A stretch of DNA of 64,000 nt from an uncultured Gemmatimonadaceae bacterium (GCA_963829055.1 CAWHHI010000017.1:128001-192000); one strand, 5' to 3'. Shown: positions 32,789 to 44,046, numbered from the stretch's first letter. Notes: generated by a model not told the origin, from the sequence alone. Numbers and translations are program-made.

Positions 32789-33745
32789 ATGCATTCCGAA
32801 GGCTCCGACGGACGCCCACTGCACCTCGATCTGCGGCATCTCCGACTCGTTGCCGCCATGGCCGACTCGGGAGGCCAGACCCGGGCAGCGAAGCGGCTCA
32901 ACCTCACGCAGTCCGCCCTGAGTCACCAGCTTCGCGAGCTCGAATCGCGCATCGGCACGCCGTTGTTCATCCGGGCCAGCCGCCGCATGGTGCTGACGGC
33001 CGCCGGTGAGCGCGTGCTCGCGTCCGCGCGCCGGGTACTGCACGAGGTCGAGACGCTCGAGCGGGACCTCACGGAGGACGCGACGTCGGGGAGCGCCGGC
33101 GTGGTTCGCCTCGCCACCGAGTGCTACACCTGCTACCACTGGCTGCCCGGCGTCGTTACCGCGTTTCGGAAGGAGTGGCCGCGTGTCGACGTCCGTATCA
33201 TCGCCGAAGCGACGGCGGACCCGGTGCGGGCGCTGCTGGATGGCGCGCTCGACCTGGCGATCGTCGCCGGTGATGTCGACGAACGTCGACTCGGCTGTAC
33301 GTCCCTGTTCGAGGATGAGCAGGTGGTCGTGGTCGCGCCGGACCACCCGTTGGCCACACGACAGTTCGTGGCGCCGGAGGATCTGCGGAACGAGCATCTG
33401 ATCCTGTACACGACCCACAGTTCCGAGAACTCGGTACTTCGTGAGGTGCTGCGGCCGGCTGGCGTGGAGCCGCGCCAACTCACGCGCGTTCAGCTCACGG
33501 AGGCGATCGTCGAACTGGTGAAGGCGGGGCTGGGCGTGAGCGTCCTCGCGCGCTGGGCGATCGCGCCGCAGCTTCGTGACCGCACGCTGGTGGGCGTGCC
33601 GCTCACGGCTCGAGGCTTCCACCGCCGCTGGTGGGCGGTCACGCGCCCCCACGAGACCACGCCCGCGTTTCAGCAGAGCCTCGTCGAGCTGCTGGGCCGG
33701 CACCTTCACGGAGGACCGGCGCCGGAGCTGCAACTCAGGGCCTGA
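32789..33745 (+). CDS. LysR family regulator
   Basis: AAKRLNLTQSALSHQLRELE...G..LF.R, TECYTCYHWLP. Confidence 0.95.
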   Translation: MHSEGSDGRPLHLDLRHLRLVAAMADSGGQTRAAKRLNLTQSALSHQLRELESRIGTPLFIRASRRMVLTAAGERVLASARRVLHEVETLERDLTEDATSGSAGVVRLATECYTCYHWLPGVVTAFRKEWPRVDVRIIAEATADPVRALLDGALDLAIVAGDVDERRLGCTSLFEDEQVVVVAPDHPLATRQFVAPEDLRNEHLILYTTHSSENSVLREVLRPAGVEPRQLTRVQLTEAIVELVKAGLGVSVLARWAIAPQLRDRTLVGVPLTARGFHRRWWAVTRPHETTPAFQQSLVELLGRHLHGGPAPELQLRA

Positions 33746-33849
33746 ACGCAGCCGGCTGCAGCATGCTGCGTCGGAACCACTAGTCCCAGTACTCCGCGTG
33801 TCGTCACGTTCGTCTGTCTGGCCGATGCGTCCCTACTGACATTCACCGG

Positions 33850-34620
33850 ATGCACAGCCGCCTGATCCGGATTCTCGCCCTCGCCAGTCTCCTCGGCTGT
33901 CTCGGCGCCGATGCGCCCACCGAGACGAGTCTCCCGAGCCGCGAAGGGCGGCCCATCCTGTTCGTCGGGAACAGCCTGACGTACGTCAACGACCTGCCGT
34001 TCATCGTCGAGGCGCTCGCGGATTCGGTTCCAGGCCTAACGCCGGCCCAGCGACTCGCGCCCGCGATGACCGCGTACCCTGACTATGCGCTGCAGGATCA
34101 CTGGACCAACGGCGCCGCCGTGCGCGCCATCGACGACGGCAAGTGGGACATCGTGATCCTGCAGCAGGGATCCTCGGCCCTCGATGAGAGCCGCGTGCTC
34201 CTGCGCGAGTGGACGAAGAAGTTCGACGCGAAGATCAAAGCCGCCGGCGCGCGTACGGCCATGTACGCAGTCTGGCCACTCGCGACGCGCCAGTTCGACT
34301 TCGATCGGGTGAACGAGTCGTACACGCTCGCCGCCGCGGACGTGAACGGGATGCTGTTCCCGGTCGGCGAGGCCTGGCGTGCGGCGTGGCGGATCGACCC
34401 GAACCTGGCGCTCTATGCCGCCGACGGCCTGCATCCGAGCGTCCGCGGCTCGTACGTCGCGGGGCTCGTCATCACGTCGATGCTGCTCGACCGTTCGCCC
34501 GTCGGCATGCCCGCAAAATTGACGATCCGCACGGGCGCAACGATCACGATTCCCCCGGCCGAGGCCGCGACCCTCCAACGGGCCGCGGCGGAGGCGATCG
34601 AGAAGTTCGGAAAGCGTTAG
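33850..34620 (+). CDS. SGNH/GDSL-like hydrolase, exported
   Basis: LFVGNSLT, WD.VILQ, DGLHPS..GSY. Confidence 0.85.
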   Translation: MHSRLIRILALASLLGCLGADAPTETSLPSREGRPILFVGNSLTYVNDLPFIVEALADSVPGLTPAQRLAPAMTAYPDYALQDHWTNGAAVRAIDDGKWDIVILQQGSSALDESRVLLREWTKKFDAKIKAAGARTAMYAVWPLATRQFDFDRVNESYTLAAADVNGMLFPVGEAWRAAWRIDPNLALYAADGLHPSVRGSYVAGLVITSMLLDRSPVGMPAKLTIRTGATITIPPAEAATLQRAAAEAIEKFGKR

Positions 34621-34642
34621 GCGCCGAGTCGAGGAATCGTTG

Positions 34643-34782
34643 TGTCATTCCGAGCGGAGGCCGAAGGCCGCGGGTGCCCTCTGGGCGCATCGAGGACTCC
34701 TTGGCGTCGCGGTAGAAGCCCTCTGCCGCTGCAGGCCGAGGATTCTCGACTCCGCGCCTTCGGCGCTCCGCTCGGAATGACA
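34643..34782. repeat. Palindromic repeat family B
   Basis: tgtcattccgagcggag...ctccgctcggaatgaca. Confidence 0.8.
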
Positions 34783-35060
34783 ACAGCTCACGCTCGCACT
34801 AGTAGATGTACACGCGCGTGCCGACGGGCATCATGTAGGAAAGCATTCACCGTGCCGCTGTTTCCGGGAGGAGCGATTGCCAGAATAGCGAGAAAATGGT
34901 TGAGTTTGGGAGCCGCCGGAATCGGTCATGCCGCCTAACGCAGCAGCGTCGCGCGGCCCCAACCCCAATCTGAAACGATGCGACACGGCCTCGACATTTT
35001 CACCAAAATGTCGAGGCCGCCTAACGCGCCGTTCGGTCGGCAGAAATCAGCATCGGAAAG

Positions 35061-36296
35061 TCAATGCGACGTAGCGGCTTCCGTCTTCCAGAAGTCGATG
35101 CCGCCGGCCTGCTGGCCGACGTCGACGGACGCGACCTTCGTAGCGCGCGCAAGATCGATGATGTCGACGGTGCCGGGCTCCGACCCGATGCCTTCGACGG
35201 TGACGAACGCGTATCGATCGTCCGGCGAAATGGCGACGCCGCTCGCGACCTTTCGCGTTGTCGGAAGCACGCGCGACTTCCTTCCCCGTCGCGAGATCGA
35301 CGATCGATACGGACTGACCACGCTTGTTGGTGCCGACGAGCAGCTTGCCGTCGTGCGTCGACGGCGAGGTTGTAGACGCCCGGCGCCCATGGGAATACGC
35401 CGCGTCATGCGTCCAACTCGCCGCGTCGATCTCGACGATGTCACTCGCTCTTGTTGCAGGCGACGAAGATCTTCGAGCCGTCCGCCGACGGCTGCGCCCA
35501 CGTCGGCGAGCAGGAGACGTCGCCGGGCTTCGGCGGCGTCCATGCCGTGTCCGCTCATGTCGTCGCCTCCCGCGCCGCCATGCCCCGCTCCAGCGAGAGC
35601 GCCGCTCTCGCCATGCTCGTTTCCCTTCGTGAGCATGAAGTGCCGTGACACGACCATGAGTGCGCGCGTCGATCTCGACGAGCGCGTCGTTCATCATGCA
35701 GGCCGAGTAGTGCTTGGTGCCCTGCGGATTGAGTCGCGAGCCGTGCGGCATGATGCACGTCGTTATGCGCGCGATCTTCCGACCATGTCGTCGACGTACA
35801 CGACCGACACGGACGACGGCACCATGTCGCCGTGCAGGTTGAAGTTCACGACGTACACGTACGAGCCCATCGGGCGACACCTGCAGCGTCGCCGGAAAGC
35901 TGCCGAGCGTGCACCGGCCTTGCAGCGAATCGCCGACCGTCGAGTACTTCCACAGCTCGCCGTTCGGAAAGCCGTGCGCGGTGGAGACGTAGTAGTACGC
36001 TTGTCCGGCGACACTCCGATGCCGTGCGGTCCGACGAGCTCCGTGGGATTGCGTGCCGATTTCGAGACTCGTGATCGACCGTCGCGCCGGCGGGCCCGAA
36101 CCTAACGAGCGAAATGCGATCGTTGCCCTCGCTGGCGACGAAGACGCAGGTAGTCGACGGCAGGGGCGTGGGTGCTGGGGCGGTCGTGCTGGTGCGGCTG
36201 GCGTGACGCTGGGTGACTGCGGCTGGCTGCTGCGCACCCAGCGTCACCCAGCGACAAGCACAGATCACCCAGCCACCAGCTTGCGTCGTCAGTCAT
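35061..36296 (-). CDS. YVTN/YncE-like beta-propeller, paralogue of 24012 gene; many frameshifts
   Basis: VFVASEGND, VNFNLHGDMVPSSVSV, CIMPHGSR, ACMMND, VGQQAGGIDFWK. Confidence 0.8.
36210..36280 (-). repeat. Partial repeat family E within 5' coding region of YVTN gene
   Basis: Reverse complement matches 6278-6325 (gctgggtg..gtgcttgt.gctgggtgacgctgggtgc). Confidence 0.6.
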
Positions 36297-38324
36297 GGGA
36301 CGACCGGTCCTTCTTGGGATTCACGCGAATGACCCACAGCCCGTTGTTGAAATCGTTGACGTAGGCGAGGCCATCTTTCGGATTCACGACCACGCCCCAC
36401 TTGAACGCCGCGTTCTTCTGTTGCCGTTCATGTCCGCGGTGTTGAGCGATCGCGATCTCACGACCCTGCGACAGGAGATCGCCCTGCAGCTCGCCCGAGA
36501 TGTCGAACACGTGGAAACCGGCGTCGTACGCGCCGATGTAGAGCGTGTCCTGCACCGCCCACACGTTGTGCACGCCGCCCATCTCGGGCGTGTACCACGC
36601 GACCGACCTTCGGATGCTCGATGTCGCTCACGTCGATCGACCTGCAGCGTGCCGTACATCCGGCTCGCCGACGCGTCCTTCGCGCCTTCGACGGTGCCGT
36701 TGCGATAGACCTCGTCGGCGATGAAGACGTAGTTGCCCGCCGCGCTGACGCCACGCCGTGTGCGTGCCGCGCGTGAACCCGGTATTCGACACCGCTTCGA
36801 CTTCGCGATACAGCGAGTCGAGGTCGTACTTGCATCTGCGACACGATCACCGGCTTGTCGGGACGTCCGCCCTCACTTGCCGTTGCCGATGTCGAGGATC
36901 ACGAGGCCGTCGTTCCAGTAGCACGCGTACATCAGACCGTCGACGATGTCGAGGTCGTGAACATACCGCGCGGCATCGGGGCGGTCTCGTCTTGAAGCTC
37001 GTCGTACCTGCTTCGGCTTCGCGGGATCGGTGATGTCGATCGAGTGGATCGTGCCCGTGCCGTCGTTCGTGAGAAACACGAACTTGCCGAATTTCGGATT
37101 CTCGTAGATGTAGATCGAGTGCACGCCGCCGTGACGCCGTCGGTGAAGTCGGCGATCGCTTCGGGTGCAGCGGGTCGCGCGTGTCGGCGATGACGATGCC
37201 GTTCTTGCGGTCGGCCGCGCCCTCGCGCGTGAGCACCATGTAGTTGCCGTCGGCGGTCGTCTGCATGTCGTTCACGAGCCGCGTGTTCGACTGAATGGAG
37301 TCGACGATCATCGGATTCGCCGGGTGCGTGATGTCGATCGCGTAGACGCGATCGCCGCCGCCGTGCGTGCCGAGGTAGGCGACGTTCCCGTTCGGGTGAA
37401 TCCACACCTCCGACGTCGGAAACGCCGTCATCGGCAGCCGACCGACGACGCTGACCGATCGCCGAACGTCGCGCGCGCTCGAGGTGCACGACCGTGCTCG
37501 CCTGCTTGCCGCCGAGGTTGCGCGGTGACGAGGTAGTCGCCCGGCTCGTAGGCGACGAACGCGCCGTCCGGCTCGAGCTGGCCGTCACCGGGTGAGACGA
37601 TCCACGTCGGCGTGAGGCCCGCGATGTCTCGCCCGTTCGCGTCCTTCGCCGAGACGGCGAAGCGAATGACGTCGCCCTGTCGGGCGCGTGGCTTGACCGG
37701 CGAGATCGCGACCGACGTCAGCGTCGCCGGTAGCACCTCGATCGTCTTCATCGCCTTCACGCTCCCGGCCTGCGCGGTGAGCACGGCCTGGCCGGCCCCG
37801 ACTGCCGTCAGCATCCCATCGGCGTCGATGCGCGCGACGTTAGGCGCGGCACTGGCCCAGCGAATGGCCTCGCGCGAACGATCGTTCACCTTCGTGAACG
37901 CGAGGGCGGACATTTGCAGCTGCTGCCCCGCGACCATCTTCCGCACCGGGGTGCGGATCTCCACGCGCGAGGCGGGCCCCGGTACCATGCGAAACTCGAG
38001 CGGCTGCACTTTCGGGCGCGTGCCCGGCACGACCGCGACGACATTGATCGGCATCTTGCCGACCGAGCTCGCGATGAGCGTCCCGGTGGAGTCGATGGAT
38101 CCTTCGCCCTCTCCGCCGCGTGCGACGAAGCGGATGATGGCGTTATCGATCTTCCGGCCTGCCGCATCGAGTGCCTCGGCCGAGAACTTCACGGTGTCGC
38201 CGGCGACGACCTCGAACGTCGCTGGAGTGACGACGATGCGCGCGACGGGAGATTCGGGGATGGGAGGCGCGGGCTGCTGCGCCTGAAAGGACGCAACGAG
38301 CGCGAAGGGGAGGAGAAACGACAT
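36289..38324 (-). CDS. Secreted Ig-like (Big_2) plus LVIVD-repeat protein; many frameshifts
   Basis: W.S..P.VA.ID..G; VYAIDIT.P..P; YWNDGLVILDI; GGVHNVW; DFNNGLW. Confidence 0.8.
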
Positions 38325-38470
38325 GAGGGCCGTGGTGTGAGCGCGAGCGGTGGGAAGCACAGTCCAGCCTGTTGAACGTCCGTTGTTGCCTGGGCGGTGT
38401 CAATGCTCGTTTGCGATACTCTGACGCAGGGACGGACTGCTGGATCACTGCGCATCGATCGATGCGCGTT

Positions 38471-38813
38471 GCGTCATCGCGCCGGGCCGGTGAGAACTAC
38501 GATTTTGCGGATGACACGGAAAACGGCCGGATCCGGCTTTGCATCGACGCTGGCCCTCACCGGACTGCTGAACGAGATCGGGAACGGCCGCTCGGGACGC
38601 GCCGGAGCGTCCCGAGCGGCCGTTCCCAAGAAATCCGGCTCGTCGGCGCGAGGGGCTCGACCTATCGAGCAGTATCCGGCTTCTTCCGTTTCATCCGCGC
38701 CATCGTTGTTCCCACCGGCCCCGGCGCAACGAAGCCGGGAATGCAAAGCCGTGTCCGGCCGTTTCGCAGTACAGATCCGCCCAATCGCAGTCCCCACCGG
38801 CCCCGGCGCGATG
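38471..38813. mobile_element. MITE-like element family C, inverted copy with duplicated right arm
   Basis: Same termini and central stem (38580-38627) as 29810-30068. Confidence 0.6.
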
Positions 38814-38882
38814 GAGCCTACGCCGTTGACGGCTCCGCGCCCATCCCCTACCTCTACGGCAGCCTTCACCGCCGAACCATAC

Positions 38883-39727
38883 ATGACATCACCCATCGGG
38901 CGACGCGACTTTCTCTCCAGCCTTGGCGCCGGCATCGGCGCGATCGCAGTCTCGGGATCGAACCTCGTGAAAGTGTCGCCCCCGCAACCGATCGGCCTCC
39001 AGCTCTACACCGTCCGCGACCTCATGGACCGCGACGTCGAGTACACGCTGCGCCAGGTCGCGGACATCGGGTATCTCGAAGTGGAGTTCGCCGGGCTGTT
39101 CGGCAAGGATCCGCGGAAGGTGAGGAGCTGGCTCAAGAAGTACGGCCTGACATCGCCGTCGAGTCACATCGCGCTCGATCGACTCACGGCGAGCCTGTCG
39201 AGCGTCGTCGACGAAGTGCAGGCGTTAGGCAACGACTACGTGGTCGTCCCGTCGGTCGACGCCGCACTCACCCGCGATGCCGATGGGTGGCGCCGCGTCG
39301 CGGCAACGTTCAATCGCGTCGGCGAGTCGCTGCAGCGCGTCGGGATGCGCTTCGCGTACCACAACCACGACGCTGAATTCAAGCCGCTCCCGGGCGGTGA
39401 GATCCCCTACGATATTCTGCTCGCCGAGCACCGATCCGAGATTCGTGAAGTTCGAGATGGACCTGTACTGGATCACGAAGGGCGGCCACGATCCGCTCGC
39501 GTACTTCGCGAAGTGGCCAGGCCGATTTCCCATTCGTGCACGTGAAGGACATGGCGGGCAACGGCGGCATGACGAATGTCGGCCAGGGCCACATCGACTG
39601 GACGAAGATCTTCGCCAAACGCCGCGAGGCTGGCATCGAGCACTACCTCGTGGAGAACGACGATACGAAGTCGCCGATCGAAGACATCCGCGTGAGCTAC
39701 GCGTACATGTCGAGATTGGGACTATGA
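38883..39727 (+). CDS. Tat-exported sugar phosphate isomerase/epimerase (AP endonuclease 2 TIM barrel); frameshifts
   Basis: RRDFL; GLQLYTVRD, YHNHD.EF, EMDLYW, HVKD, VEND. Confidence 0.88.
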
Positions 39728-40655
39728 CTGATCGGGAATCGGGGAATCGGGGAACGGGGAACCGGGCGCGAGCGCAATCGCGGCGCGAGTTCTCAGCAGC
39801 CGGGCGTCGCCGCCGCTGGGCGCGGTTGCCGTTTCGATTCCCGATTCCCGATTCCCCATTCCCGACGCGTTCCCCGTTCCCGGTTCCCGGTCCGCCGCTT
39901 GCCGACAGGCAGCGGCCCGTTGGTGCTACGAGAAAATCCCGATCCGTGAATTCGCGCAGGCCGCGAAGCGCATCGGACTCGCCGGTATCGACCTGCTGCA
40001 GCCCGCGGAGTGGGATGTCGTTCGCGATCAGGGGCTCGCGTGCTCGATGGGCTACCCGACCGACCGCCGCGACTTCCTCACCGTCGGGTTCAACGACCGC
40101 GCGAACCACGCGATGTTGCTGAAGGAGCTCGAGCGCACCATTCCGCTCGCGGCCGAACACAAGGTGCCTAACGTCATCGCGATGTTCGGCAATCGTGGCG
40201 GACGCACGGACGCGGCCGCGATCGCGGCCTCAGTCGAAGGGCTCTCGAAGATCAAGCCGCTGGCCGAGCAGCACTCGGTCACCGTGTGCGTCGAGCTCCT
40301 GAACAGCAAGGTCGACCACCGCGACTACCAGGGCGACCACACGGCCTTCGGCGTCGAGGTCATGAAGGGCGTCGCATCACCGCGCGTGAAGCTGCTCTAC
40401 GACATCTACCACATGCAGATCATGGAAGGCGACGTGATCCGCACGATCCGCGACAACATCGCCTACATCGGCCACTTCCACACCGGCGGCGTCCCGGGCC
40501 GTCACGAGCTCGATGGTCGCCAGGAGCTCAACTGGCGCGCGATCGCGATCGCCATCGCCGCGACGGACTATGCGGGCTTCGTCGCCCACGAGTTCATGCC
40601 CACCGGCGATCCGCTGACGTCGCTCAAGGCGGCGTATGAGGTGTTCGCGGTTTGA
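39724..40655 (+). CDS. Hydroxypyruvate isomerase-family protein with Tat-like leader; frameshifted 5' part
   Basis: SRREF; ELLNSKVDH.DY, LLYDIYHMQIMEGD, HTGGVPGRHEL, HEF. Confidence 0.85.
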
Positions 40656-40781
40656 AGGCCGGAGGGCGGACGCAGGAAGGCGGATGGCGGAGAACGAAGA
40701 ACCTCGGGAGGCATTCTCGCGTCGAGAAGCGTCCCGAGGTTCCTTCGTCCGCCATCCGCCTTCCGCTTTCCGCCTTCCGGC
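40655..40781. repeat. Heptamer-armed hairpin element without gene, between convergent genes
   Basis: GGCGGAN left arm, stem gaacctcggga...tcccgaggttc with cattctcgcgtcgagaa centre, (TCCGCCN)n right arm. Confidence 0.75.
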
Positions 40782-41760
40782 TATTTGACGCCGAGGTTCT
40801 TCTTCAGGAACGCGACCGTCTTCGGCCACGCGTCCTTCGCCGCCGCGAGGTTCGCCGCTTCCTCCGCCTCGTCGCGCGGCGCCGTTCGTCTTCGGATCGT
40901 TCTGCGCGCGCAGGAAGCCGTGCACCGCACCCTCGTAGTTCGTGCCGCTGTAGTTCTTCTTGAGGGCCTTCATCGCCGAGTCGAGCGCCGGCATCGCCGC
41001 CGCGATGCGCGCGTCCTTCGAGCCGTTGAGCAGCATCACCGGCTTGGTGATCTTCGCCAGAGAATCGCGATCGACGGCGCCGTGGTCATGTACGGCAATC
41101 CGTAGAACGCGACGCCGCCGGAGAAGCCGTTGATGCCGCCGTTGACCGCGTGCAGCGAACGACGGTCGAGCCTCCCCAGCAATAGCCGATCACCGCATAA
41201 CGCGGCGCCGCCGACGGCTGCGACATCGCCTAGCGCGCGACCGCCGCGATGCCCTTGTTGCGTTCGGCGGCGTTCACGCCCTCGATGATCTTCCGCGCCG
41301 AGTCACCCGACAGCTCCTCGGTGGTCGGACCGCCACGCACGCGCGACACGAGATCCGGCGCGATCGCGATGAACCCATCGGCCGCCACCTGGTCGGCGAC
41401 ACCGCGCACCCAGGTCGACAGCCCGAAGATCTCGTGCACGACCACGACCACCGGCGTCTTCGCATTCGACGTCGTCGGATACACCACCCACGCCATCAGC
41501 GAATCGCTCGAGCCGGGCTCCCACGCCACCTTCACCCACTCGGCGTGACGCGGGGTGGCCGCGAGGCGTGCGGCCGCGTTGCTGTTACTCGCCGGAAGAC
41601 CGGGCGCGCCCTGCTTACCGCTCGCCGCGCCTGCGCCCGGCGCGGCCATGTCGCTCGACGACATGTGCGCCGTGTGGTCATCGAGGGCTGGTCCCTTGTG
41701 GCAGCCGGCGACCAGACCGGCGATCGCGCAGCTTCCGAACACAACACGAAGGACGTTCAT
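40781..41760 (-). CDS. Dienelactone hydrolase-family lipoprotein; frameshifts
   Basis: Lipobox VAGC; VVHEIFGL, AIAPDL, GYCWGG, GAVHGF. Confidence 0.85.
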
Positions 41761-41856
41761 GACACACTCCGATCGATAAAGGTGGCGCTCCAGATTCGCC
41801 GGGAAGTCTTCCGCCTGCAAGGTAGCCGTTGAACCCATACCGCTCACAGTCGCATG

Positions 41857-43230
41857 TCAGAGCCGCATCGCTGCCGGCCCTGCGCCCGTCGTGAAGAACG
41901 TGGCACGCTGCGAGGGCTCTGGGAAGCGCCCCCGGTACCCCTCCTGCCAGCTTTCCGTGAACCGCTGCGCGTCGGCCTGCCCGACGAGCGCCCACACGCT
42001 GCCGCCGAACCCGGCACCGAACGCCGACGCCGCCACCGCGCCTAACGAGCGCGCCGACCGCGCGAGGTAGAACGTCTCCGGCACCTGGTTGCCGAGCAGC
42101 ACTTCCGCGCCCCGTTGCGAACGGTCGACCAGCTCGCCGAGTGCGGTCAGGTCGCCGCGCTCCAGTGCGTCGCCCGCCGCGGGAATGATCTCCCGACTCT
42201 CGGCGTCGAACTGATCGAGCCGGGTGATGAGATCCGTCACGTCGAATCCGTCGCCGGCGCCTTCGTTTCCGTTGACGTGCACGGCCGGGTCACGCACGAT
42301 GCGACGCAGCCGCGCGAGCGCATCGTCGGACGATGCGAGCACCGCCGCGAGCGTCGCTTCCTTGCCCCCGGTCGCCGCGCGCCAGCGATCGATCAGTGCG
42401 TGGACGCGTCGCGCCTGACGATTGTAGAGCGCCAGCGCCGCACCCGTCTTCTCCGCCAGCACGCCGCTCGCGCCAATGACGAACACATGGCTGGACGGCA
42501 GCGGCACGCTCCGCTCGAACCGAACCGGCGCGAACGAGTACTGCACGAGCGCATCGGCGCGCGAGCACAGAATCGCCGTGTGATCCTGACTGCCGCTGAA
42601 TGTGCCGACACCTCGATCGCCGTCCAGCGACCCGAACGGCGCGCCATTCTCCACCGCTCCGAGGTACCCGGCGAGGTGGTCGGCGTCGGGGATCTCGCGC
42701 CGATACTCCTCGTGCGCGCCTAACGCGTTGAGGTCGGAGATGGCGAGGAACGTCGCGATGACGAGCGCGCTCGAGCTGCTGAGCCCCGCGGCCGGCGGCA
42801 GGTCGCTCGCGAACGCGATGTCCGCGCCGCGCAGCGGTCCGGGAAAGTTGCGCGCGATACGACGCACGACCGTGATGGGGTAGTTCGTCCAGCTTCCCTC
42901 GGCGGGCGCGAGCGTCGCGCTCAGTTCCATCTCCACGTGGTCGCCGGTGACGGCGTCGGTCATCCGAACCATGCGATCGTCGCGGGCGGTCGCGACGACG
43001 GCAATCCCGCGCTCCACGGCGCAGATGAGGCTCCGTCCGCCGGCGTAGTCGGTATGCTTGCCGAGAAACTCGATGCGCCCCGGAACCCAGAGTCGCAGCG
43101 TCTGTCGCTTACCGAGGGCGGCTGCCGCTCGCGCGAACAATCGATTCTTTCGCCCGATCTCCGGCTCCGACATGCCGGCGAGCGCCAGGCGTTCGTCGAG
43201 AGCGTGTGCTGCTACGTCGCGCACATCCAT
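41857..43230 (-). CDS. GHMP sugar kinase, galactokinase-like with altered sugar-binding motif
   Basis: PGRIEFLGKHTDYAGG, PPAAGLSSSSA, GAGFGGS. Confidence 0.88.
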   Translation of the reverse strand: MDVRDVAAHALDERLALAGMSEPEIGRKNRLFARAAAALGKRQTLRLWVPGRIEFLGKHTDYAGGRSLICAVERGIAVVATARDDRMVRMTDAVTGDHVEMELSATLAPAEGSWTNYPITVVRRIARNFPGPLRGADIAFASDLPPAAGLSSSSALVIATFLAISDLNALGAHEEYRREIPDADHLAGYLGAVENGAPFGSLDGDRGVGTFSGSQDHTAILCSRADALVQYSFAPVRFERSVPLPSSHVFVIGASGVLAEKTGAALALYNRQARRVHALIDRWRAATGGKEATLAAVLASSDDALARLRRIVRDPAVHVNGNEGAGDGFDVTDLITRLDQFDAESREIIPAAGDALERGDLTALGELVDRSQRGAEVLLGNQVPETFYLARSARSLGAVAASAFGAGFGGSVWALVGQADAQRFTESWQEGYRGRFPEPSQRATFFTTGAGPAAMRL

Positions 43231-43239
43231 ACCCCCCAC

Positions 43240-44046
43240 TCAGAGTCTGACGTCGATACTCGCGAGCCCCTCGGCCACGCCGGCAATATCGGCGCGGCTC
43301 GAAAGATCGAGTACGGGAGCGTGCATCGGTATCGCGCGAAACCGCCGGCCGTACGCGTCGATCGCATGTTGGACCGCGACCGGTAGTTCGAGCTCGCCGC
43401 GCGATGACGGGGACACCGTCCGACACGGCTCGAAGATGCCCGCGTCGAAGCACCAGAGGTTCATGCTCACGAGCGCACTGGCTCCCATCGCGCGCGCGGT
43501 GTTCTCGTCGGGCTTCTCGACGATGCGCCGGAGATAGCCGTCAGACCCGATATCCAGTAGCGCGAACTTCATGATGCGCTCTGGATCGATCCGCCCATCG
43601 GCGAGCAGCGCGTCGCGCGCGAACGCTGCGAGCCCAGGCTCGCCGGCTTCGCGCAACGCCGCGTACGCGGCGACGGGATAGTAGTTGTCGGCATTCATTA
43701 CGAGGAACCGATCCTCTCCCGCGAACGACTCCGCCGCAAGGACCGCGTTGGCCGTCCCGACGGGGCGTTCCTGAATCGCGAAGCTCACGCGCACGCGCGA
43801 GAGCAGCCCGGCTCGCTCGTAATACTCGCGCACGGCGGTATGCTCGGGCCCGATGACGAGGCAGACGTCGCGACAGTCGGCGTCGGCAAGCGCGCTCAAC
43901 ACGTAGTCGAGGAACGGCCGCCCGATGGGGATCATGGCCTTGACGCCTTGGTCCGCCACCGCGGCCTGCTGTGGATCCAGCGCGGCGTGATCGTCGGCCT
44001 GACGCATCCGCTTACCGAGGCCGCGGGCAAGGATCACTGCTTTCAT
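43240..44046 (-). CDS. Sugar-phosphate nucleotidyltransferase
   Basis: AVILARGLGKRMR, KAMIPIG, Q..P.GTA.AV, EKP, S.RGELEL. Confidence 0.9.
   Translation of the reverse strand: MKAVILARGLGKRMRQADDHAALDPQQAAVADQGVKAMIPIGRPFLDYVLSALADADCRDVCLVIGPEHTAVREYYERAGLLSRVRVSFAIQERPVGTANAVLAAESFAGEDRFLVMNADNYYPVAAYAALREAGEPGLAAFARDALLADGRIDPERIMKFALLDIGSDGYLRRIVEKPDENTARAMGASALVSMNLWCFDAGIFEPCRTVSPSSRGELELPVAVQHAIDAYGRRFRAIPMHAPVLDLSSRADIAGVAEGLASIDVRL

Noticed and set aside
34790..35045. Possible sRNA or small gene in a less GC-rich intergenic stretch holding two motif copies
   Set aside because: No convincing ORF, structure or second copy seen.
38397..38882. Long N-terminal extensions in the ORF track (also 46314-46817 and 14401-14718)
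   Set aside because: They run through repeats or intergenic DNA; better starts with RBS or signal motifs lie downstream.
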